The notes beneath the pieces were generated by a model. That model did no database searches. It saw nothing but the letters and a program-made list of their open reading frames with translations, and had not been told where the DNA came from. A stretch of 47,618 nucleotides of DNA from Candidatus Omnitrophota bacterium (GTDB lineage Bacteria; Omnitrophota; Omnitrophia; Omnitrophales; Aquincolibacteriaceae), in NCBI GenBank assembly GCA_043803685.1, contig JAZDJU010000043.1:1-47618 (forward strand), read 5' to 3'. Shown in pieces: positions 1-6,858 of this stretch. The first letter of the stretch is position 1. Each line of letters opens with the position of its first letter. Made by a program: the position numbers and the translations under genes.

Positions 1-1766
1 CTCACGATCAGAGTCCTGGAAGGAGCCCCAAGCTCGATAAAGACGAGCTCGCCTTGAAGATGGGGATATTTTTCGAGAACTCGTTCGATGGCCCGGAAGC
101 GCTCCAAAAGACCTTTGGTGTAATCGATGCGGTCAACCCCAAGGCCGATCTTCTTGCCCTTCAGACCGTAATCCTCTCTTATTTTTTCAAGAGGATCTTT
201 CTTGGATTCCTGAACCGCAATATTTGGAGCTCCTGAGATACTGATCGGGAACGGACGCACCGAACTCGTTTTCCCTCCGCGAGTGGCTTCGAAATTCGCC
301 CAGTTGATCTTACATTCGAGGGCGTGATCAACAGTATCGAGAAAATTATTGCAATGGAATTGGGTGTGGAAACCGATAATGTCGCTCCCAAGCATCCCTT
401 CCAGGATCTCCTCCTGCCATGGACAGATCCCGAAAGCTTCCGCGTTGGGCCATGGAATATGCCAGAAGATCGCGATCTTCGCATCGGGTCTTCGTTCTTT
501 GATCATCTTGGGAAGAAGCGCGAAATGATAATCCTGAATAAGGATCATCGGAGGATCATCCCCCAGCTCTTCAAGAAGCGAATCAGCAAATTTCTGGTTT
601 ACTTCCTTATAACAATTCCAATCCTCGATACGGAAAATGGGCCGTACATGGCTAATATGGCAAAGCGGCCACAGACCTTCGTTGGAAAAACCGTAGTAAT
701 ACCCCTTCTCCTCTTCTGCCGTAAGCCACATGCGCTTCAGCGCAAAAGATGGCTTCCAGGGTGGCACCATGACTTTGTTCTCTTTGTCGACCACTTCCCG
801 GTCCGCATTGCCGGCCCCATGAGCTATCCAAAGACCTCCTGTTGCCTGCAAGACCGGATCTAAGGCCGTCACCACACCGCTCGCAGGCGTAATGCATTCG
901 ATCTCATTGCCCTTTTTACGATGGATATAAGGCTCACGGTTGGAAACCACGTAAAGCTGCTTACCACGCAGGCGAGTCTTCAGATAGTCTTTCAATCGTT
1001 CTTTGGTCCAGACCGTCCCCTCGGCATTCACCGTCCGGGATTGCTCCACAAGGTCAAACCGGGCCGCTTTGAGAGTGGCCGCCATGTGACTGACCCCTGA
1101 AAGAAGTTTTGCAATATCGTCTTGCTCCTTGGGTGCCGCTTTCGGGTCTACTCCAAGCGCTTTTTGAACCATGAGCCCAATGCGTGCGATCGGCCCTGTG
1201 ACGCTCCAACGGATCACGATAAGCGAAATGATCGAAAGGATCGCCGCCAGAATAGAGAAAGTGAGCGCAGAACTTTTCCAGAATTCTCTGATCTGCGTCA
1301 AAATAAAGCGGCGATCATGAATAAGGCCCAAGGCACCCACAACCTTATCATCCCTCATCAACGGAACGACATGATAATTGACCCTCTGCCCTCCCCACTT
1401 GCTGTTCACATCCACCGAAACATTCCCTTCCATCGCCTTAAGCGATTCCGCTTTGAACAATTCCTCCTTCGCCAACGCGGGCGGGAAAGCGATCCGCGGG
1501 CCTTCCTTCATATCCACAATAAGACCCAGCAGTCTTTTGTGCCCCTGGTACTTCTCAATAAATTTCTGAACCCGGTCAGGTTGATCGGTCCGCTCCAGGT
1601 AGGATTCCACAGCCTCTTTAAAGGTCTTGGCGAGCACTGTGGTGCGGAGGCGTAGCTCCTCATTCAGGCGCTTCTCTTCGTTCTTTGCCTGAAAATACGA
1701 GAAACCCACGACCACAAGGATCGTGGCGATTAAAAGCGAGATGATCAGTCTGAGCGTGATCTTCAT
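1..1766 (-). CDS. otsA: Trehalose-6-phosphate synthase (GT20) with N-terminal TM-periplasmic-TM-HAMP-like sensor region; 3' end runs off the window
   Basis: Not in the ORF track (no stop in window). Hand translation from ATG 1766 (ATGA overlap with the mscS stop): MKITLRLIISLLIATILVVVGFSYF... a second TM (TFSILAAILSIISLIVIRWSVTGPI), then QLYVVSNREPYIH, LIQDYHF and FWHIPWP, which are hallmark OtsA motifs. Confidence 0.92.
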   Translation of the reverse strand, partial: MKITLRLIISLLIATILVVVGFSYFQAKNEEKRLNEELRLRTTVLAKTFKEAVESYLERTDQPDRVQKFIEKYQGHKRLLGLIVDMKEGPRIAFPPALAKEELFKAESLKAMEGNVSVDVNSKWGGQRVNYHVVPLMRDDKVVGALGLIHDRRFILTQIREFWKSSALTFSILAAILSIISLIVIRWSVTGPIARIGLMVQKALGVDPKAAPKEQDDIAKLLSGVSHMAATLKAARFDLVEQSRTVNAEGTVWTKERLKDYLKTRLRGKQLYVVSNREPYIHRKKGNEIECITPASGVVTALDPVLQATGGLWIAHGAGNADREVVDKENKVMVPPWKPSFALKRMWLTAEEEKGYYYGFSNEGLWPLCHISHVRPIFRIEDWNCYKEVNQKFADSLLEELGDDPPMILIQDYHFALLPKMIKERRPDAKIAIFWHIPWPNAEAFGICPWQEEILEGMLGSDIIGFHTQFHCNNFLDTVDHALECKINWANFEATRGGKTSSVRPFPISISGAPNIAVQESKKDPLEKIREDYGLKGKKIGLGVDRIDYTKGLLERFRAIERVLEKYPHLQGELVFIELGAPSRTLIV

Positions 1767-2686
1767 ATGGCCCTTTCGCGTTCCTTACCCAACCCCTGAG
1801 AGAGCGCCTCTTTTACGTCTGGATTCATCTTCTGAGAATCCCCCCAATAAAGCGTCCTGTGCGGAAATGGGATCTCGATCCCGAGTTCGTCAAACTTGTT
1901 CTTAAGCCGCCGACGGTATTCCCTGGCGACTTCCCACTGTTTGATTGGCAAAGTCTTCATGCGACACTTAATAATCACGGCAGAATCCGTGAAAGCGTCG
2001 ACCCCCAGCATCTCCATATCCTCCTGGATCAATTTCCCGAAAGACGCATCTTCCCGCATTCCCTTCGCGATGTCCTTCATGACCGCCATCACATCATCCA
2101 CGTTTTCTTTGTAAGCAACCCCGATATCAAAAAGTGCCTGGGAATAGCCTTTGGTGAAATTGATCACTGCCTTGATCTCTCCGTTCGGGATATAGATCAC
2201 CCGCCCCTCGAGATCCCTCAGCATGGTATGCCTAAGATTGAGACCTTCCACCAGACCGCTGAACTCCCCGATCTTCACCACATCATTGATGCGATATTGC
2301 CCCTCCATCAAGATAAAAACCCCGTTGATCACATCTCGGATCAGGTATTGTCCTCCAAAACCGAACGCCAACCCGACGATCCCGGCACCCGCAAGCAGCG
2401 GCGCCACATTGATCCCGAAGTTTTCGAGCAGCATATAAAGACCAAACACGGCTATAGCGACTGTGCCGAGCCACTTCATGAGGTGGGAGAACGTTTTTAA
2501 TCTCAGTGTAGTTTCATCTTCCCGGATGGCCGCTTTTTGCGATAAATGATCCTCGAATTTTTTCAGCCCATATTTAAGGCCGCGAAATAGTAGCCAGGAT
2601 AAACCCAAAATGAGCAGCGTTTTGCCGATCGATCCCACCCAGGGCGTTTCAACAATGTTTTTCCAGTCAAATGTGTTCGGATCCAT
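1763..2686 (-). CDS. mscS: Small-conductance mechanosensitive channel (MscS/YbiO-like)
   Basis: TM helices, then LLAGAGIVGLAFGFGGQYLIRDVINGVFIL, G.VE.LNLRHT.LRD.EG...IPNGEI and GIEIPFP. Confidence 0.93.
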   Translation of the reverse strand: MDPNTFDWKNIVETPWVGSIGKTLLILGLSWLLFRGLKYGLKKFEDHLSQKAAIREDETTLRLKTFSHLMKWLGTVAIAVFGLYMLLENFGINVAPLLAGAGIVGLAFGFGGQYLIRDVINGVFILMEGQYRINDVVKIGEFSGLVEGLNLRHTMLRDLEGRVIYIPNGEIKAVINFTKGYSQALFDIGVAYKENVDDVMAVMKDIAKGMREDASFGKLIQEDMEMLGVDAFTDSAVIIKCRMKTLPIKQWEVAREYRRRLKNKFDELGIEIPFPHRTLYWGDSQKMNPDVKEALSQGLGKERERAI

Positions 2687-2758
2687 CTCTTCCCCCTGGT
2701 CAGATGCTTGTTCTTTCTTGATTGGAAAGAATGCAGATAACTACGAGTCCTAGCCCGA

Positions 2759-2872
2759 CTACGGATTAGATTTCTTCTTCTCGTCCATTCTAGACTTGAT
2801 GGCCACATAAACAAAAAAGCTAACCACCGCAACGATCATTATATAGACGATCAAATCCCCTAACCATCTCAT
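2759..2872 (-). CDS. Small single-pass membrane peptide, 37 aa (MRWLGDLIVYIMIVAVVSFFVYVAIKSRMDEKKKSNP)
   Basis: Hand translation; purine-rich SD (AAGGGGGAG) upstream of the ATG; hydrophobic helix with a charged tail; lies between the riboswitch terminator and mscS. Confidence 0.6.
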   Translation of the reverse strand: MRWLGDLIVYIMIVAVVSFFVYVAIKSRMDEKKKSNP

Positions 2873-2907
2873 ATCAGCTCCCCCTTTTTGCCAGGGGCCC
2901 ATAAATG

Positions 2908-2949
2908 AAAAGGGCCACTATCTGACGGTTCAATGTCAGATGGCGGCCC
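2908..2949 (-). terminator. Intrinsic terminator in the 5' leader (riboswitch expression platform)
   Basis: Minus strand: GGGCCGCCATCTGAC-attgaacc-GTCAGATAGTGGCCC followed by TTTTCATTT. Confidence 0.85.
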
Positions 2950-2990
2950 GACCATCTTTATCGCTCCTCTTGGAAAAAATTCCAAGACCC
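2942..2990 (-). ncRNA. Candidate alkali-cation (Na+/Li+) riboswitch aptamer, nhaA-I/DUF1646-like
   Basis: Minus strand GGGU-CUUGGAA-uuuu-UUCCAAG-AGGAGCG-AUAAAGAU-GGUCGGGCCGCC. The 5' GGGU + hairpin + 3' GGUCGGGCCGCC layout matches my recollection of these motifs. The 3' end overlaps the terminator, and the downstream genes are osmotic-stress genes. Confidence 0.7.
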
Positions 2991-3124
2991 ATTTATAGTT
3001 TCATTTTCCTTCGCAACTCTCCAAAAATCAAGCCCTATCTATCTCTCTAAAAATTGACTCGTAGAAATTCCACCCGCCTCCATCACGCCATCCAGGAATA
3101 AATAACCCTTTTCCTCCGAACTGT

Positions 3125-3403
3125 TGTATAATCCCCGCCGTCGCAATAGAGCTTGGCGATCCCCTAGGTGACACCAACACTGTCCTTGTCTCAGCTTTTT
3201 CTCTAAAGGGTGACAAGGACTGCCCCAATTTCCGCTTCACGGAAATTGACAAGAATTGGGACTGAAACAAGCCCGTCTTACTTGCACCGTGTCGATTAAG
3301 CGCACGCACTTGAATACACGGTAGAGTGCTGTGAACCCTTGTAATGACAGCACTGAGAACCTCTCGAATAAGTGATCTACCCAGAACCTTCACAAAGAGG
3401 CTT
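3125..3403 (+). promoter_or_regulatory. -10 box (TGTATAAT near 3125-3132) and a ~270-nt multi-hairpin 5' leader of the carD-like gene
   Basis: Inverted repeats GTCCTTGTC/GACAAGGAC (3182-3220), ACCGTGT/ACACGGT (3286-3322) and AGTGCTGT/ACAGCACT (3325-3354). Confidence 0.45.
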
Positions 3404-3937
3404 ATGAAAAAAGAAAAGATCGAGAACGGTCATTTGCTTTATCACACGATCCACGGCCTCTGCCGCGTCGAAAGAGTGACACGCCCCATCCCACCCAGTC
3501 AGGGAGGCTTGTCCTATTCCCTAGTGCCAAAAGTCGCGACAAAAATGAAAGCTCGCTTCGTCATTTCGGCGGCGGACCTGCAAGTCTCCGGTTTTCACGG
3601 CCTTGTTTCACCCAAGGAAGCCAACAAGATCCTGAACTATCTGAAAGCGGGGAATGTCAAAGAACGTCCCGAAACGGCTCTGTCCCCCGACCTTCAGGAC
3701 CAGGCTTGGGGTCTGGCCCGAACCCTGCAAACCTTTGCCTATGAAAAATTCGAGGCGAAAGACCAAAGAAAACGTCAGGCACTCGAACGTTCGGCCAAAG
3801 GCCTTGTGGGTGAACTTTCCTGCGTATTCAAAACGACCTTAAAGAAAACGGCGGACAAGGTCCTTAAGAACCTGGGACGCACGTCGCGGATCAACCCTTT
3901 GGTCCTTTCGGCTGTAGCACTCGCCGGAGAAGATTAA
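3404..3937 (+). CDS. CarD-like/TRCF-RID domain transcription factor (divergent)
   Basis: N-terminal LYHTIHGLCRVERV resembles the CarD VYPxHGvgxI motif; helical C-terminus (ALERSAKGLVGELSCV). Start moved to ATG 3404 behind AAGAGG. Confidence 0.65.
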   Translation: MKKEKIENGHLLYHTIHGLCRVERVTRPIPPSQGGLSYSLVPKVATKMKARFVISAADLQVSGFHGLVSPKEANKILNYLKAGNVKERPETALSPDLQDQAWGLARTLQTFAYEKFEAKDQRKRQALERSAKGLVGELSCVFKTTLKKTADKVLKNLGRTSRINPLVLSAVALAGED

Positions 3938-4088
3938 AGATCCACAGAGATTCGTCACTTTTTCCTTTCATCAACAACAAAATAACGGACGCACTGAACG
4001 ACTTATAAAACTTAGAGGAAGTTTAGTGCAGCCCTTGTTTTCAATTATTTTTTAACAACAACAAGGACGTAAAAGGAGCCACGGTAAC

Positions 4089-4568
4089 ATGAGCGAACAT
4101 TCAGAAGAAAATGAGGAGCTTTCCGTTCCCCCGCAAGCCGACACCGATGTCGTGTCTTTGATCAAGAAGATGCAGCAACAGCTGAATTTTCTTGAGAAGA
4201 AAATTGACATCTTGATTGGGCAATCCCCTGAAAGACCTTTCAGGGACAGGGAGAAACGTTTTTCGAAACCCTTCCGCCCTTCCTTCGGCGGTGGTGGGGC
4301 TAACCGAGGGAGTTTCAACCGTGGCCCTCGCAGAGAAGGCTTTTCCCATGACCGTCCCAGAGAAGGCGGATTTTCACAAGGAAGGCCTCCTCGGGAAGGC
4401 GGTTTTTCAAAGGACCGGCCGCCCCGCGAAGGTGGATTTTCGCAGGAACGCCCCAAGGAAGGCAACTTCAACAGGGAACGTTCTTTTGATCGAAAACCGG
4501 GTGGACCCTCCCGCGGATTCGGCCATGGCGACAAACCTTTTTTACGTCACAGGAAAGGTCCCCGGTAG
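4089..4568 (+). CDS. Hypothetical protein: N-terminal coiled coil plus Arg/Gly/Phe-rich disordered repeat tail (putative RNA-binding)
   Basis: SD AAGGAG; VVSLIKKMQQQLNFLEKKIDILI coil; about 5 degenerate PREGGFS repeats. Confidence 0.8.
   Translation: MSEHSEENEELSVPPQADTDVVSLIKKMQQQLNFLEKKIDILIGQSPERPFRDREKRFSKPFRPSFGGGGANRGSFNRGPRREGFSHDRPREGGFSQGRPPREGGFSKDRPPREGGFSQERPKEGNFNRERSFDRKPGGPSRGFGHGDKPFLRHRKGPR
4320..4470 (+). repeat. Coding tandem repeat, 30-33 bp period, encoding (R)PREGGFS units
   Basis: Repeated ...GAAGGCGG(A/T)TTTTC... units; translation RREGFSHDRPREGGFSQGRPPREGGFSKDRPPREGGFSQERPKEGNF. Confidence 0.75.
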
Positions 4569-4643
4569 TTTCATTCACAATGGTTTTTTTGGGAATTTTT
4601 TCCCACAACTGCACTGACAACAGTGCCAACAGGAGGAGATAAC

Positions 4644-4814
4644 ATGGGTTTTCAAGGCGAAGGACGTGGTTTCGGGGGCGCACCGCGCGAGATGCATAAG
4701 GCTACCTGCGGTGAATGCAAAAAGGAATGTGAAGTTCCTTTCAAGCCGAGAGAAGATCGTCCGGTCTATTGCAAGGATTGTTTCTCGAAGCGCAAGGATG
4801 CCAGCGGTCGTTAA
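4644..4814 (+). CDS. CxxC-x17-CxxC zinc-ribbon protein, 56 aa
   Basis: SD AGGAGG; MHKATCGEC-(17 aa, KKECEVPFKPREDRPVY)-CKDCF is the family signature. Confidence 0.92.
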   Translation: MGFQGEGRGFGGAPREMHKATCGECKKECEVPFKPREDRPVYCKDCFSKRKDASGR

Positions 4815-4822
4815 GTCATACC

Positions 4823-4889
4823 GAGCCACGGGACACGGCTCACGAGCCACGAAATCGTGGTGCGTGGGTCTTGGCCCGTGGCCCGTTTT
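4823..4889. terminator. Long hairpin built from inverted 7-nt repeats between convergent genes (probable terminator/REP-like)
   Basis: AGCCACG GGACACG GCTCACG AGCCACG aaat CGTGGTG CGTGGGT CTTGGCC CGTGGCC, followed by CGTTTT. Confidence 0.7.
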
Positions 4890-4894
4890 GGCGT

Positions 4895-5071
4895 TTACGC
4901 CAAAAGATATCCCATCCTCTTCACCGCCTTGGCCATGCGCGCCAGAGCGATCCCCACCGTGTTCCCCTCGGTAAGATTATTCATAAAGATCGCGGCGTAA
5001 CCCCGCCGATTGCGGATCTTGAAAGTCGTAATTCTGCTTACGCTGAGCTTCTTCAGGACTTTTTTGGCCAT
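4895..5071 (-). CDS. Small basic hypothetical protein, 58 aa (MAKKVLKKLSVSRITTFKIRNRRGYAAIFMNNLTEGNTVGIALARMAKAVKRMGYLLA)
   Basis: Below the ORF-track cutoff; strong SD AAGGGAGG; fills the gap between two terminator-like elements. Confidence 0.8.
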   Translation of the reverse strand: MAKKVLKKLSVSRITTFKIRNRRGYAAIFMNNLTEGNTVGIALARMAKAVKRMGYLLA

Positions 5072-5139
5072 ACTTCCTCCCTTGCGGTGGATGATCGCTT
5101 AGGCTAGATATCGGCATACTAGAGAGAACATATAGAGTC

Positions 5140-5205
5140 AAGAAACACAGACGCAAGAATCAAAGAGAGATCTATGCCTCTTTGCTTCTCTGTATCTTGC
5201 TTCTA
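5140..5205. repeat. 66-bp intergenic palindromic repeat, copy 1
   Basis: 56/66 identical by hand alignment to 6748-6813; imperfect inverted repeat. Confidence 0.85.
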
Positions 5206-5210
5206 CTCAG

Positions 5211-5768
5211 TTATACGCGGACGACTTCTTTAACTTCGGGGATACGTTCTTTAAGGTAGGCTTCGATGCCCATCTTGAGCGTCATGGTGGCGCTCGGGCA
5301 TCCGGAACAGGCGCCTTTCAACTGGAGTTTTACGATACCATTCTCAAATCCACAGAAAACCGCATCACCTCCGTCCTGGGCAAGCGCCGGACGGATCTGT
5401 TCGTTCATAAGCTCGATGATCTTCTGCTCGATCGCGGAGGTTGGGTTGGTCACATCAGCGCATTTTTCGCAAGCGGAGGGACTGGCCTTGCCACAGATCA
5501 GAAATTCACGGATCGTCTCGGTCACGCGCGGGATCAAAGCGCTCCACGACTGGACTTTTTCATCGCGCGTCACGGTCACAAGATCAGGACCGATCATGAC
5601 CTCTTTGACATGCTCGATCTCGAAAAGCTTCGCTGCCAAGGGAGACTTCCCCGCCTCGGCTTTCGACGCGAACTGGACCGTCCCGTGAGTGCAGATAGGC
5701 ACATTCACGTTAAATTTAAGGGAGTTCGGGTTCGGCGTAAACTCAGTCGTGATCGAAATGTTTTGCAT
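5211..5768 (-). CDS. Nfu/NifU-like Fe-S carrier protein (Nfu_N + NifU-C)
   Basis: TEFTPNPNSLKF and IRPALAQDGGD...LKGACSGCPSATMTLKMGIE. Confidence 0.93.
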   Translation of the reverse strand: MQNISITTEFTPNPNSLKFNVNVPICTHGTVQFASKAEAGKSPLAAKLFEIEHVKEVMIGPDLVTVTRDEKVQSWSALIPRVTETIREFLICGKASPSACEKCADVTNPTSAIEQKIIELMNEQIRPALAQDGGDAVFCGFENGIVKLQLKGACSGCPSATMTLKMGIEAYLKERIPEVKEVVRV

Positions 5769-5774
5769 GTGCGA

Positions 5775-5803
5775 AGTATAACTTAAACCCACCTAAGGCG
5801 CAA
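5775..5803 (-). promoter_or_regulatory. Sigma70-like promoter of the nfu-like gene (likely leaderless)
   Basis: TTGCGC-17 bp-TATACT, then 6 nt to ATG 5768 with no SD. Confidence 0.6.
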
Positions 5804-5942
5804 AGCTCAAAATTTTAGCCGCACGCGGCTTTCATCTTTAGACTTTTCGCATAAAAGAGAGGATGACCTTCGAGACCTCTCAGAGTATAATTCCACGAAT
5901 ATCAGCCCTGTAACCGAGCGCAATACTCACGGAGGTCTTATT

Positions 5943-6749
5943 ATGGATTTGGGAATGGAAAATCGCTTAATTCAACTCATGCCGAACGGCCGTTGTTTTT
6001 TCATGCCGATCGATCACGGCTACTTCCAGGGGCCGACCTCCGGCCTTGAAAAACCATGGGAGACAGTGAAGCCTCTCGTTCCCCATTTTGACGCGCTCTT
6101 TTGCACCCGCGGAACACTCCGCGCGGCAATCCCCACAAACTTCGGAAAGCCTGTTATCTTGAGGGTGTCGGGGGGCACCAGCATGGTCGGCAAAGACCTC
6201 GCGGATGAAACCGTCACAACTTCGATCGAAGAGATCGTACGCCTCGGCGTCGCGGCCGTCGGCGTGTCCGTCTTCATCGGAAGCGACTATGAAAAACAAA
6301 CCCTCTCCAATCTTTCAAAACTTGTGAACGAATGCGAGAACTACGGAATCCCGGTGATGGCGGTGACCGCCGTCGGTAAAGAAATGGAAAAACGCGAAGC
6401 CCGCTACCTCGGACTTTGCTGCCGTATCGCGGCCGAGCTCGGCGCTCGCGTGGTCAAGACTTACTGGTGCGAAAAGGATTTTGACAAGGTCGTCCGAGGC
6501 TGCCCGGTCCCGGTCGTGATGGCCGGCGGTCCCAAATGCGAGAACGATCTTGAGGTGCTCGAATTCGTCGCGGACGGGATGCAAAACGGCGCGGTCGGGA
6601 TCAATCTCGGACGGAACGTTTGGCAGAACCCCAATCCCATTCCGATGGCCAAGGCCCTGAACGCCATCGTTCACAAGAACGCGACAGCCAAGGAAGCTTT
6701 TAAGATCTTCTCCGAAGCCAAACACGAGGGCAAGACCAGAAAAAAATAA
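5943..6749 (+). CDS. lsrF: LsrF-like class I aldolase/thiolase (DeoC/FbaB family)
   Basis: MPIDHGYFQGPTSGLE, LRVSGGTS, CRIAAELGARVVKTY, VMAGGPK, GRNVWQ. Confidence 0.85.
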   Translation: MDLGMENRLIQLMPNGRCFFMPIDHGYFQGPTSGLEKPWETVKPLVPHFDALFCTRGTLRAAIPTNFGKPVILRVSGGTSMVGKDLADETVTTSIEEIVRLGVAAVGVSVFIGSDYEKQTLSNLSKLVNECENYGIPVMAVTAVGKEMEKREARYLGLCCRIAAELGARVVKTYWCEKDFDKVVRGCPVPVVMAGGPKCENDLEVLEFVADGMQNGAVGINLGRNVWQNPNPIPMAKALNAIVHKNATAKEAFKIFSEAKHEGKTRKK

Positions 6750-6813
6750 GAACCATAGACACAAGAAGCAAAGAAAAATCTATGTTTCTCCGCTTCTCTG
6801 TATCTTGCTTCTA
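6748..6813. repeat. 66-bp intergenic palindromic repeat, copy 2
   Basis: Shares ATCTATG...GCTTCTCTGTATCTTGCTTCTA with 5140-5205. Confidence 0.85.
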
Positions 6814-6858
6814 GCCCATTCACCATGAACGACAAGAAAGCGTTTCAATCCTAAAATC

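Noticed and set aside
54..1655. Plus-strand ORFs 54-236, 324-863, 1122-1655 and others
   Set aside because: Antisense shadows of the otsA gene, which the ORF track missed; no recognisable motifs.
4320..4470. Periodic repeats as a possible CRISPR array
   Set aside because: Degenerate in-frame coding repeats with no unique spacers and no cas genes.
5211..5768. Nfu as a dedicated Fe-S donor for the cluster's radical SAMs
   Set aside because: It has its own promoter and is separated by an opposite-strand operon; proximity alone is not evidence.
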